This document shows positions 1 through 9,883 of a stretch of DNA of 36,218 bases, one piece after another. The stretch is taken from positions 1 through 36,218 of the forward strand of contig JABXKD010000036.1 of NCBI GenBank assembly GCA_013375475.1, written 5' to 3'. The stretch comes from Promethearchaeota archaeon. GTDB lineage: Archaea; Asgardarchaeota; Lokiarchaeia; Sigyniarchaeales; SOKP01. The notes beneath the pieces were generated by a model. The model did no database searches. It was not told the origin of the DNA and saw nothing but the letters and a program-made list of their open reading frames with translations. Position 1 is the first letter of the stretch, and each line of letters begins with the position of its first letter. A program made the position numbers and the translations under genes.

Positions 1-248
1 TTTTAAGTAAAAAGAAAGATATATCCTAGAAATTTAAGATTTAACTTAGTGCTTCACATTGAAGCGATTTAATTTGTTTCCTCTATGAAATCTTGACTGG
101 ACTATCTTCTTTCTTATATAATTATGCCCATCAAGATTGGAAATAACTTCTTTTAAATAATAATTTATATTTTTTTATAAAGAAGATGGAGTTAATTGAG
201 AAATTATTATCTTTTTATTTAATAAAAGAAAAGTAAAAAAATAGAAAT

Positions 249-521
249 TTACGTACTGAGCAATTTAAAGAGTATCGTAGCATGAGGGATATAAAATTGA
301 TCTTTAACCTTAATTACAACAGTATGAAAGTATTCAGCTAAACCTAAAAAACCCCTTATCACAGATTCATCCTCTTCGAACTTAAACACTACATTCGCTA
401 TTGCTGAGCTAGTACTAAAGTTGGCTTTTTCATATACCCTTTCATCGATTAAAGGAATTTTCAATTCATTTACGATCTCATATACACGCTTGATGAAGAG
501 TTCTCTTTTTGGAATATTCAC
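249..521 (-). CDS. small hypothetical protein (90 aa)
   Basis: Clean ORF with GTG start preceded by AGGTG; globular-looking composition; no motif recognised. Confidence 0.75.
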   Translation of the reverse strand: MNIPKRELFIKRVYEIVNELKIPLIDERVYEKANFSTSSAIANVVFKFEEDESVIRGFLGLAEYFHTVVIKVKDQFYIPHATILFKLLST

Positions 522-788
522 ACACCTATTAATATTGAAAACTAATTATTATAGATACAAATGAAATATGATATATAATTATATTAGATTTGCTATTTTT
601 AATTGTATTTTTTTTTTGAAAAAATTTTAGATTGTAAGGAACTAATTTAATTAAGGTGAAAACTAAGATGCGATTCAAGTATTATAAAAAAATAAAAATA
701 AAAATATAAATTAATATAATACAATTACTACTATAACTGTATATTATTCCATAAAAAAATATAAAAAATTAGAGGAATTGATGGGAAA

Positions 789-1493
789 TTGGTTTCGAAA
801 GAATATAAGAAGATGGAGAGAGTCATAAACTTTATGAAAAAAGGTTTAACATCCCTTTCTGACGATTTAGAAGAAACTGTAAAAGGGATTAACGATTTTA
901 AAAAATCTTTAAACAAAGCCTTGAAAGATTTGAAAGATGTCTCTATTGAACCAGAATTAAAAACTGTTAGCTCATCCTCTAAAAAAGTCGTAGGTGCTTC
1001 AACGGGACAAGCAAAAACTGCCGCCGCCAGTACTTTGTTTAATTTACTAAGTGGTAGCCCTGGAGCTGCACAACAAGCACCACCAACTGCTACTGCGAGC
1101 GCTTCACCTACGGTTGGTGGCCCTCCTAAATCGCCTGGAGCTGGCCCTCCAAAAAGACCTGCAAGTGGAGCACCTCCTAAAGCACCAGTCACGGGTGGAC
1201 CCCCTAGACGCTCTGATTTACCACCTGCACCAAAATTACCTCCTACTGCTGGAAGCGGTCCCCCTCAAGCACCAAATAAGGGATTGGTTCAAACACCATC
1301 ATTTGCTAAAAGACCAACTCCACCTGCAGCTCCTGCTATGGGTATTCCTGCAAGACCACCTGGCGCACCTACAACATCACCAGGAGTAGCGGCTCCATTA
1401 GCTGCACCTCAAGCTGGTGGTGGATTGAGTTCTTTACGCGACGAGATGTTAGAAGAATTGAATCGCTTAAAGAAAATAATGAGAGGAGATTAA
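789..1493 (+). CDS. proline-rich protein with N-terminal helical/coiled-coil region and C-terminal WH2/VASP-like helix
   Basis: N-terminal ~50 aa with heptad-like helical pattern; long P/A/G/S/T low-complexity region with GPP repeats; C-terminus GGGLSSLRDEMLEELNRLKKIMRGD. TTG start; followed by a T-rich tract. Confidence 0.8.
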   Translation: MVSKEYKKMERVINFMKKGLTSLSDDLEETVKGINDFKKSLNKALKDLKDVSIEPELKTVSSSSKKVVGASTGQAKTAAASTLFNLLSGSPGAAQQAPPTATASASPTVGGPPKSPGAGPPKRPASGAPPKAPVTGGPPRRSDLPPAPKLPPTAGSGPPQAPNKGLVQTPSFAKRPTPPAAPAMGIPARPPGAPTTSPGVAAPLAAPQAGGGLSSLRDEMLEELNRLKKIMRGD

Positions 1494-1509
1494 AGAACAC
1501 ATTATAATA

Positions 1510-1565
1510 TTTTTTGTTATTCTTTTTAATCTTTAATTTACTAATTCTTAGTTTTTTCTTTTTCA
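1510..1565 (+). terminator. T-rich tract, probable archaeal intrinsic terminator
   Basis: Several oligo-T runs immediately after the stop codon of 789..1493. Confidence 0.35.
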
Positions 1566-1607
1566 TTCAACAACTTTTTATTTTAAATTATCAGATATTT
1601 AATAGAG

Positions 1608-2354
1608 ATGGAGAATAACAATTCTATTATTAGAGATAACGATATTCCCGTAGTAGTTCCTAAACGTATATTGGTCTTTGCGGGTCACCCAGATGATGAA
1701 ATAATATCATGTGGCGGAACGATACTTAAATATCAGGCTTTGGGTTCTGAATTATTCGTAGTTGTAGCAACAAGTGGATTGGGTGGATATGCAAGATCCG
1801 ATCAAAAATCAGATATAGAATATCAAAGACAGCAAGAACTTGAATTAATTCAGACAACTTTGAAATGCAGGATAATCGAATTAGGATACGATGAATTAAA
1901 TGTCAATAGCAAACATATCTCGGAAATAACGAACTTAATAAGAGATATAAAACCGCAAATTATTCTACTACCTCATTATTCAGATTTTCACCGTATTCAT
2001 AGGAATTTATCCTTAATCTCAAAAGAAGCAATCTATCATTGTTCAACGGGTAAAGCATATGGAGGTTATGAGAGAAACTGGACGCCCTTAGGAGTTTATT
2101 ATTACGAATCCCCATCGTGCAAGTTCCAATATGTAGAAGGTTCAGTTTTTATAGTAGTAGATATCGAAAAATTCTGGCAGAAAAAAAAAGAAATCTTTAA
2201 TAGTGTATATAAATCACAGAAAGAAGTATTAGAAAGAATTCTTGAATGGGCAGAAGATACAGCTATTTTACGTGGGAATGAAATAAATTCTCAATATGGA
2301 GAAGCTTACATACCTGATACAACTTATACTCCCTTAAGAATTTTACTAGTATAG
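1608..2354 (+). CDS. PIG-L/LmbE family deacetylase
   Basis: ILVFAGHPDDE..CGGT motif; second metal motif HRIH (usually HxDH); 'LIRDIKPQIIL' segment; C-terminal YGEAY. Confidence 0.9.
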   Translation: MENNNSIIRDNDIPVVVPKRILVFAGHPDDEIISCGGTILKYQALGSELFVVVATSGLGGYARSDQKSDIEYQRQQELELIQTTLKCRIIELGYDELNVNSKHISEITNLIRDIKPQIILLPHYSDFHRIHRNLSLISKEAIYHCSTGKAYGGYERNWTPLGVYYYESPSCKFQYVEGSVFIVVDIEKFWQKKKEIFNSVYKSQKEVLERILEWAEDTAILRGNEINSQYGEAYIPDTTYTPLRILLV

Positions 2355-2356
2355 TA

Positions 2357-3289
2357 TTATCTAACCCAATACTGTTTTATTTTTATCTCTAAATCCGATT
2401 CAATAGGTTTAATATTATATGTTTTAGCATAATATTCTAAATCTGATAAAAAATCTTGTAACTTATACAATTTAGAATAAATTCTCACTTGTTTATCGTT
2501 TATAATCCCATTTCGACTAAGTGAGGCAATGGCATCAAAATCCGTCTTTATATTCTTTAAATCTCTAAAACTTAACTGAAAGTAATACTTTCCATGTTTT
2601 CGAATTTTAAACGGTACCCATAGCAGATACATTAAAATGATTCCCAGATTAAATTCGATTAATGTATTTACTAACATTGTTATCAAACTCCAACCACCTT
2701 GTTCTTGACGGATTCCTGAAACTGAAAGAGTAAATTCAAGAGCAAATTCAACTAACGTTCCTACCAAAAATAGATATAGGATATCTTCTAATCTTAGCTT
2801 TTTTTTATAATATAAAGCAGCTGCAATAATAATGTTGACAAGTACCATTATTAGTTCATTTAATCTTTGGTTTTCAACGTTCATATCTCTATATACTTCA
2901 ATTATTATATCGTTAAGAGGTAAAAGCTGGGATCCTACGGAAACTAGCGCCCAACCGATGTAAAATAGCATTGTCCAAAAAATCAACTCATTCCTATTTC
3001 TCTTTTCAAACATTACAATTACATATGAAAATTGGACAAATCCAGGTGAAATGCAGAACCACAAAAAGAAAAGAAAAGGGTCTAGAGGTCCAGTATAATG
3101 CCTTGTCTGAGTAATTAAATACCAATACACATAGTCTACGAAAATGTAAATTATCCAACCTAGTAATCCCCATTTAATTGGGGTCCAATACTTTCTCTTG
3201 ATTAAAAAAATTACCCAAATTGTTATAAAAAGTAGATCTAAGTAAATAAAATCAATTCCGATTGTTCTAGCTACAACTGCCTCTGTCAT
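2357..3289 (-). CDS. multi-pass membrane protein, unknown function
   Basis: About seven hydrophobic segments followed by a soluble C-terminal tail. Confidence 0.8.
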   Translation of the reverse strand: MTEAVVARTIGIDFIYLDLLFITIWVIFLIKRKYWTPIKWGLLGWIIYIFVDYVYWYLITQTRHYTGPLDPFLFFLWFCISPGFVQFSYVIVMFEKRNRNELIFWTMLFYIGWALVSVGSQLLPLNDIIIEVYRDMNVENQRLNELIMVLVNIIIAAALYYKKKLRLEDILYLFLVGTLVEFALEFTLSVSGIRQEQGGWSLITMLVNTLIEFNLGIILMYLLWVPFKIRKHGKYYFQLSFRDLKNIKTDFDAIASLSRNGIINDKQVRIYSKLYKLQDFLSDLEYYAKTYNIKPIESDLEIKIKQYWVR

Positions 3290-3501
3290 GGTAATTTATG
3301 AATTATTGCGTTTTTGTTGAAAAAATATTTAATACCTTATTAAATCCTTCAAAAGAAGTGAATAATGGAAAAAAGAGATGGAAATTGTTGAAATCAAAAT
3401 TAAAACTATTTTTAACCATCCGATATTATTAGGCTAAAAATAAATAGGTTAAATTGTTAATTTATCTAAAGAGGCATATAAGTAATTTGTCAGTTTAAGA
3501 A

Positions 3502-4614
3502 ATGAACCTTACTGTAGTATTAGATATTGGGCAATTTTCGGCTAAAGCAGGCTTCGGGGGGGAAGATATGCCATCTCAAGTTTTCTTCACAATCGTAGGA
3601 ACACCGAAATATAGGCAGATTGATTACGAATATGCGGGAATTAGAAAGGACGATTTTTATGTAGGAGACGAAATCCAATCAATAGGATTGTACAAAGTTT
3701 TTTACCCGATAAACAAAGGTATAATCCAAGACTGGCTTTCATTTGAGAAAATAATTGATTACATTTTTTACAATTTAAGAGTAGATCCGAGCTTGGTTAA
3801 TGTGTTATTTGCGGTACATCCTTTGTTTCCCCACAGCGATTTAAAGAAATTATTTGAATTATTCTTAGAAAAATATCAATGTAGAGCTTTTTATCCTGTC
3901 TTAGACTCTATGCTTACTTTATACGCCGGAGGTTTTCAAACGGGCTTAGTTGTAGAGATCGGAGATAGTCTTACAAGAATAACCCCCATCTATCAAGGAT
4001 ATAAACTAGACCATGCAATCAAGTATCTTGATATTGGTGGAAGAACCTTAACGAGGTTCATGGAAAAAATATTAGGTGAAAGAGGATTTGCGACTGACTC
4101 TTCAATTAGACGAGAACTCGTAAGAGCCTTAAAGGAAAAAGCGTGTTTTGTGTCTCTTGATTATAAAGAAGATTTGAAAAGAGTTGAACAATACGAAAAA
4201 GAATATTCCTTACCAGATGGATCAACAATTTCTTTAGCTAGAGAGAGGTTTGAAGTGCCTGAATTACTGTTCAATCCATCTATGGAATTGGAGGAAATAT
4301 CTCTCCCAGAGGCCATAATGGATGTAATTGAAATGTGCGACTTAGATGTTCGTCCAGATTTATTAAACAATATTTTTTTATCAGGAGGTTCTTCTATGTT
4401 TCCCAACATAAAATCTCGAATTTATCAAGAATTAGAAATTGAGCTAGCTCGCCGAAATAAAAAAAATCAAGTCATCAAAATAATTGCTCCCCGGGAACGT
4501 ATTTTCTCAGTTTGGGTTGGAGGATCGATCCTAGCGATGATCCCAGAATTTGAACAAAACTGGGTAACCAGAGCGAAATACTTCAATGAAGGCATTCCTG
4601 ACAACCTTCTATGA
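3502..4614 (+). CDS. actin-related protein (Asgard Arp-type actin homologue)
   Basis: Actin-family motifs throughout: VVLDIG..AKAGFGGED.P, YVGDE, YPINKGII.DW, TGLVVEIGD, GGRTLT, KEKACFVSLDY, YSLPDG, ERFEVPELLF.P, IFLSGGSSMFP, APRER.FSVWVGGSILA. Confidence 0.95.
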   Translation: MNLTVVLDIGQFSAKAGFGGEDMPSQVFFTIVGTPKYRQIDYEYAGIRKDDFYVGDEIQSIGLYKVFYPINKGIIQDWLSFEKIIDYIFYNLRVDPSLVNVLFAVHPLFPHSDLKKLFELFLEKYQCRAFYPVLDSMLTLYAGGFQTGLVVEIGDSLTRITPIYQGYKLDHAIKYLDIGGRTLTRFMEKILGERGFATDSSIRRELVRALKEKACFVSLDYKEDLKRVEQYEKEYSLPDGSTISLARERFEVPELLFNPSMELEEISLPEAIMDVIEMCDLDVRPDLLNNIFLSGGSSMFPNIKSRIYQELEIELARRNKKNQVIKIIAPRERIFSVWVGGSILAMIPEFEQNWVTRAKYFNEGIPDNLL

Positions 4615-4747
4615 GTCATCGTTTAAAATATAAACATCTGATTTTCAAGGTATCATAGTAATATTACAAGCATATTACAGTTTTATAAAAATATTATTCT
4701 GGTATTATATCTTAGTAGAATTTTTATCTCAAGTAAAGTGATAAAAA

Positions 4748-5113
4748 ATGGAAGGACCACAAAATACAAGTTTTGAACAAACGAAAATCCTTAAAAAGTA
4801 CTATAAACCTGATTATTCTCAGTTATTTAATAAATTAAAAAACATTAAAACTCCTGTAAAAAACGACATATTAGTTTCCCTGCTTGACGGGAATTGGCAC
4901 ACAGAGTTGGATTTAATTAGAGTAGCTAAACAAAAAATGAAATACATGGGTGCTGTAACCTTAGGGACAATGATTCACTCGTTAAACCATCACCTAAAAA
5001 ACGATTATGTAGAAAGAAAAGTAATAAACGGAAAATTGTCTTATAGAATATCAGATAACTATGTAGGTCTTACTCGAGCTGCATATAACAAATATAGTTT
5101 TAAATTGGACTAA
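4748..5113 (+). CDS. small basic protein, probable winged-helix domain
   Basis: ILVSLLDGNWHTELDL helix pattern and C-terminal VERKVINGKLSYRIS beta-wing-like segment; Lys-rich. Confidence 0.65.
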   Translation: MEGPQNTSFEQTKILKKYYKPDYSQLFNKLKNIKTPVKNDILVSLLDGNWHTELDLIRVAKQKMKYMGAVTLGTMIHSLNHHLKNDYVERKVINGKLSYRISDNYVGLTRAAYNKYSFKLD

Positions 5114-5133
5114 ACTTTAATCAAATAATTTTT

Positions 5134-7320
5134 TTAATTTCTTTTAACGCACTGCTCTTTAGAGATTTGAAAATTTTCGCAAGCAGAACAGAATCCATTT
5201 GTTCCTTCTTTAAAGCTATCGCTCCAACATTTTGGACAAATGTAATAGACAGTAGTTTTATTGTCCTTCTTTTTTAGGATTTTGAACACATTAAAACCGC
5301 ATTTTAAACACTTCGTAGATTTTAATATAGTAATCCTTCCAGTTTTTGGAACTGGAACATAAGTCTTGCAATTTCTATCTGAACACGCAAGAAATCTTTT
5401 CTTTTGAGAGGTTGTGACCAAATTCATGACATTTATTTTACAAGTTGGGCATTTAGAAGTAGTTTGAGGAAAATTTTTCTGCATAGGATTTTGTTGCATT
5501 GCTGTTTTTAAACTACTTTTCACACTATCGAATTGAAAAGTTATCAGATTTTTATTTTGGCGGAATTTATCAAATAAATCGAGGAATAGCTTTTTTACGA
5601 TACTTATCACATTATCCATTGTTTTTCTATTTTCTTTGACATCTTCGAGCAACTGCTCAACGAATCGGGTAAATTCTGGTTTTAAAAACGGTAGCCAGAC
5701 TTTGATTAATTCACTGATAAGAAATTTGCCCCATTCTGTTATTTTAAAGCGATTTTTAGCAACTCTATTTGTTAGTTTACGATCCACCAGAATATTAATT
5801 ATTGTAGGACGTGTGGATTTTGTTCCTAGATGTTCTCTCTCCATCAGTTTTAACAAAGTTGTATCTGTGTAATGTGGAGGTGGTTGCGTTTCTTTTTCTT
5901 CTAAAAAGATTTTTTTAACTGGAAGTTCCTTAGCTTGGATCTCAAATAATGGTTGATAAACCTTTTTCAAAAAAGGAGCGATTTCGTAAAATCCACTGTA
6001 AGTTAACGCTACGATTTGAGATGTAAATATTTCATTTTTAATTGATAATTTCAATTTGGTCCTTAATTCTTTAGCCTGTTCACCGAAGAGAGCTAAATAA
6101 TGTCGTGCTAAGAGATCATAGACCTTTTTCTCTAGATTATTTTCAAATTTTGGACTATTTTGTTCCAAGCTTACTAACGGAGTAATGGGCGGATGGTCTC
6201 CAGCGTTAACCTTACCTATTGTTGGATTCATTCGATTGTTTTTAAAAAGTTTAGTTGTGTATGATCCGTAGTTGGTGTGAGGTTTGAAATTTTCTAGGTA
6301 TAGTTTGTGGTCAAAATTCGAGTTGTATTTATCGCTGTCAGTTCTAGGATAAGAAATAATTTGATTCAAATAGAGTGAATTCATAGTGTTCATAGCAGCT
6401 TTGGCACTAATTCTTAATGTCTTAGTTAGTAATACAAGAGCTTTAGAAGTATTTAGGGGTGTTGGGGGATTGATTACTGCAGATTCTTTTATATTGTTTA
6501 ATATTATCGCTATTTTCTCATTTTTAATCTTTTGATATATCGATTTCGCTTCAGATTCTTTTTCTTTAGTAAAAGGATTTTTTGTATGCACAGCTTTAAT
6601 AACATGAGTTTTATATACAAGATTAGCGATAATTGTCCAATATGGTTCTGGTACAAATTGTTCTATCTCAAGGTCTCTTAAATAAATTAAATAGAGTAAA
6701 GAAGTTTGCACTCTACCAATTGAAACAAATTTATTGTTGATTTCGTCTAAAATGGGTTTAAATGTATTTGTTGCTTCTCTTGTGCTTGAAAAACCTATAA
6801 TTGCATCAATTATAGCTCTTGCTTCTCCTGATTCTCCCCAACTCCATCTCGGGGGAATTAATTTTCTATATTTCGAAACGATTTCTTTTTTTTCTAATGA
6901 ACTTAACCATAATTGGTTTACTTTTATATTTCTATTAGCCTTAGTTACAAAGGGTAAGGCGTCAAAAAGACCAATATTACAACCTTCTATGTCTGCATCG
7001 GTTGCAATCACGCATTCGTCGCAGATCTTAGAATATTCGGTTAAAGCATTGATGTAGGGTTTCGCATAACTTATAGCTACCTTGTCAATTGATTTTGGAT
7101 TTGTAATAATCTCCCTTGGATCCGTATATGTCCAGCTTTTATATTGCGCTGTATTTCTATATTCTAAAATATGTCCTCGAAGAGGGACAACATAAATATT
7201 CTTTGAAGGTATTTGATACACTTTTAGGTATTTATTTTTATTAATAACGATAACAGGTCCTAAAGCTTCTGCGATTTGTTTGGCAGCTTTATTTTTTTCA
7301 GAAATTATTAAACTCGGCAT
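5134..7320 (-). CDS. topA: DNA topoisomerase type IA (archaeal topo I/III) with C-terminal zinc ribbons
   Basis: TOPRIM IISEK and ATDADIEG, SIGRVQT, catalytic ISYPRTDS, HPPITP, LGTKSTR, and several CxxC pairs at the C-terminus. Confidence 0.95.
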   Translation of the reverse strand: MPSLIISEKNKAAKQIAEALGPVIVINKNKYLKVYQIPSKNIYVVPLRGHILEYRNTAQYKSWTYTDPREIITNPKSIDKVAISYAKPYINALTEYSKICDECVIATDADIEGCNIGLFDALPFVTKANRNIKVNQLWLSSLEKKEIVSKYRKLIPPRWSWGESGEARAIIDAIIGFSSTREATNTFKPILDEINNKFVSIGRVQTSLLYLIYLRDLEIEQFVPEPYWTIIANLVYKTHVIKAVHTKNPFTKEKESEAKSIYQKIKNEKIAIILNNIKESAVINPPTPLNTSKALVLLTKTLRISAKAAMNTMNSLYLNQIISYPRTDSDKYNSNFDHKLYLENFKPHTNYGSYTTKLFKNNRMNPTIGKVNAGDHPPITPLVSLEQNSPKFENNLEKKVYDLLARHYLALFGEQAKELRTKLKLSIKNEIFTSQIVALTYSGFYEIAPFLKKVYQPLFEIQAKELPVKKIFLEEKETQPPPHYTDTTLLKLMEREHLGTKSTRPTIINILVDRKLTNRVAKNRFKITEWGKFLISELIKVWLPFLKPEFTRFVEQLLEDVKENRKTMDNVISIVKKLFLDLFDKFRQNKNLITFQFDSVKSSLKTAMQQNPMQKNFPQTTSKCPTCKINVMNLVTTSQKKRFLACSDRNCKTYVPVPKTGRITILKSTKCLKCGFNVFKILKKKDNKTTVYYICPKCWSDSFKEGTNGFCSACENFQISKEQCVKRN

Positions 7321-7506
7321 TAGATTTTTGGTTTTATGCCATACATAATTTAGGTTATTATTATTTCAAGGATTTATAAACAACAATAGATTTATATATT
7401 TCTAATTGTTGCTAAATAAAGCCCTTCAATTTGAATAAGAAAATTCAGCTTATTATAATTTTTTATTGTAGATATTGACTTTATCCTGATCTCTAAAAAG
7501 GGGATA

Positions 7507-9867
7507 CTATTTTGGTAGAACAAAACTAAATTTAGTACCCATGTCTATTCCTTTTGACTCAACCCAAATTTTTCCTCCATGAGCTTCGATAAATCCTCTT
7601 GTGATATACAGCCCTAATCCACTTCCTTTCTCTAGAGTAGAGTATCCATCAATGTCTTGTTCAATTGTAACGAATTTACTGAATATCTTTTGCATTTCTT
7701 CAGGTGTTAAACCTTTTCCGTTATCTTTTATGCTAAAAACGACACTTTGATCATCCTCTGTATATGATAATTCAATTTTCCCATATTTCGGAGTAAATTT
7801 GACAGCATTCGATAGAAGATTCAAAAAGACTTGTAAAATTCTGAAGTGATCTACTTTTAACATAAGATTTTCGGAGATGTCAAGGTTAATCGTTAGATGT
7901 TTCTGTTCAATTTGAAACTCTAAATCAGAAAGACAGCTAGTAATAATATCATGAACATTTTCTTCTCTTTTAACTAATTCAACTTTTTTCGCGTCTATTT
8001 TCATAACATCCAGCAACCGATTGATATACTCTTCTAAGCGATATGCATTATTCAAGACTCTGTTTAAATCTTCTTTTACTTCTAATTTCAATTCTTTTTC
8101 TCTTAGGAGAATTAGATCAATATAACCCCCGACAGAAATTAGTGGAGTTTTCAAATCGTGAGCCGCAATACTAATAAAATCTGTTTTCAATCGATCCAAC
8201 TCTTTCAATTCAATATTTTGTTCTCTTAATTTTCGTTCGGATTCTTTTAGTTTTTCTTCTGCTATTTTTTTTTCTGTAACATCTTGTATTATTATTTGAA
8301 TCATTTTTTGACCACTTATATTAATGCTAGATAGTTCAGATTCGGCCCAAATCAATTCTTTCTCTTTATTATATATTTCGGTAATTTGAGGCTTCCAAAT
8401 TGGATTATCTGGTTCCCCTTTAGAGATTAAATCCCGAACTAATCTTAACCCGGCTTTTGTTTCTTTAGGGAAGACTCCTTTGAGAGTTAAATAATTTTTA
8501 TCGATAATATCTTCTTTTTTGTATCCAAACAGTTCTGTAGTTTTTCTATTCATATCAACGATTTTACCATTATAATCCATAAGTACAATGCTAAATGGTG
8601 AATGCTCAAATAAATGTCGATATTTTTCTTCAGATTCTGATATTTTTATTTCAGCTCGTTTAGTATCCGTAATATCATTAAAAGTTACAGCAAAAAATCC
8701 TTTTTTAGGGGAATACCCTGATACTTTGTACCATCGATCGAGTGGTTCTGAATAATCTATTACATTTAAGGGAACTCCTGTGAGACCAACATTACCAAAC
8801 TTCCCTATCCAATTTGCAGGATCGTTTTCAATGCCTGGTAATATTTCGGTTACGGTTTTTCCGATTATTTCGCTTACTTTTAGTCCGGTCATTTCTTCAA
8901 ATTGACTATTGGCTTCAATAAATCTATAATCTATTGGTTTACCGCTATCATCTACTACTACTTCGTGATATGCAAATGCTGTATTCATATTTTCAAACAA
9001 GGAACGATATTTCTCTTCGGATTCTTTTAACCTTTCTTGAGCTCTTTTCTGTTTTGTAATATCCATAACAAGAGCTAAGTCTGCAAATTTATCTTGGTAA
9101 GAAATAGTTTTGCTGTAAGTTTCAATCCATTTTATATCTCCTTTTTTAGTTTTAATCCGGTAACAATCTGTATTAGGAAGAGTAATTTCTCCAGAAAGCT
9201 TTACTTTAAGATGATCTTTAGCTCTTTGCCGATCTTCGATATATATGTGGTTTATCATTTCGGTTGGAGTCCAATCCATTATCTCCTCTCTAGTATATCC
9301 ATTGATTTCAAACATCGCTTCGTTCGCGTACTTTATTTTTCCATCTTGGACGATTGTGATACCAATATCTGAATACTCAGTTATAGTCCTAAACATTTCT
9401 TCTGATTCTTTTAGCTTTTGCTCTGCTTTTTTACGTTCTGTTATATCTATAACTGAGATTAAATCGGCAGGTTTACCCATATAATCGATCGTTTTGGAAT
9501 AATTATCTAACCATCTAATTTCTCCGGATTTATTAATGATTCGATACTGATAGTTAGTTAAATAATCCTTCGCACCACTTTGTTTTTTTTGTAATTGTTC
9601 CAAAGCCCATATTCTATCTTTTGGATGAACGAAATCAAAAATTTCTGTTGGATTTAATTCTTTCGTCTCATCAACTGTAAATCCTGTTAAATCTGTAGAT
9701 TGCTTGTTGACAAACTTAATTCTATTATCTTGGATTATCACAATTCCCATTAGAGAGTTTTCTGCAATTGTTTTAAATTTTTCTTCTAAATCTTTAAGAT
9801 CTTTTGTACGTTCTTGTAATTTTTCTTCCAATTCTTTATTCAATGCCATTAGTTCTTCGTTAGACAT
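7507..9867 (-). CDS. cytoplasmic sensor histidine kinase with four PAS domains
   Basis: Four PAS/PAC repeats ending DITE/DITK/DITD/DVTE; H-box AAHDLKTPL; N-box NLLSNAVKF; G boxes DNGKG and GSGLGL; no transmembrane segment. GAAGGTG SD-like motif upstream. Confidence 0.95.
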   Translation of the reverse strand: MSNEELMALNKELEEKLQERTKDLKDLEEKFKTIAENSLMGIVIIQDNRIKFVNKQSTDLTGFTVDETKELNPTEIFDFVHPKDRIWALEQLQKKQSGAKDYLTNYQYRIINKSGEIRWLDNYSKTIDYMGKPADLISVIDITERKKAEQKLKESEEMFRTITEYSDIGITIVQDGKIKYANEAMFEINGYTREEIMDWTPTEMINHIYIEDRQRAKDHLKVKLSGEITLPNTDCYRIKTKKGDIKWIETYSKTISYQDKFADLALVMDITKQKRAQERLKESEEKYRSLFENMNTAFAYHEVVVDDSGKPIDYRFIEANSQFEEMTGLKVSEIIGKTVTEILPGIENDPANWIGKFGNVGLTGVPLNVIDYSEPLDRWYKVSGYSPKKGFFAVTFNDITDTKRAEIKISESEEKYRHLFEHSPFSIVLMDYNGKIVDMNRKTTELFGYKKEDIIDKNYLTLKGVFPKETKAGLRLVRDLISKGEPDNPIWKPQITEIYNKEKELIWAESELSSINISGQKMIQIIIQDVTEKKIAEEKLKESERKLREQNIELKELDRLKTDFISIAAHDLKTPLISVGGYIDLILLREKELKLEVKEDLNRVLNNAYRLEEYINRLLDVMKIDAKKVELVKREENVHDIITSCLSDLEFQIEQKHLTINLDISENLMLKVDHFRILQVFLNLLSNAVKFTPKYGKIELSYTEDDQSVVFSIKDNGKGLTPEEMQKIFSKFVTIEQDIDGYSTLEKGSGLGLYITRGFIEAHGGKIWVESKGIDMGTKFSFVLPK

Positions 9868-9883
9868 TTAAATTTTCACCTTC

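Noticed and set aside
51-137. Short inverted repeats GCTTCA/TGAAGC and ATCTTGA/TCAAGAT
   Set aside because: 6-7 bp stems are within chance expectation and context is cut by the window edge.
731-1566. ORFs 731..1192(-), 1051..1389(+) and 1369..1566(-)
   Set aside because: Shadow frames of the GC-richer proline-rich gene and its T-rich terminator; the His/Leu/Gln richness is just shifted CCx/GCx codons.
7507-9867. Recurring KESEEK / DITE sequence repeats
   Set aside because: Ordinary PAS-PAC linker repeats, not a DNA repeat element.
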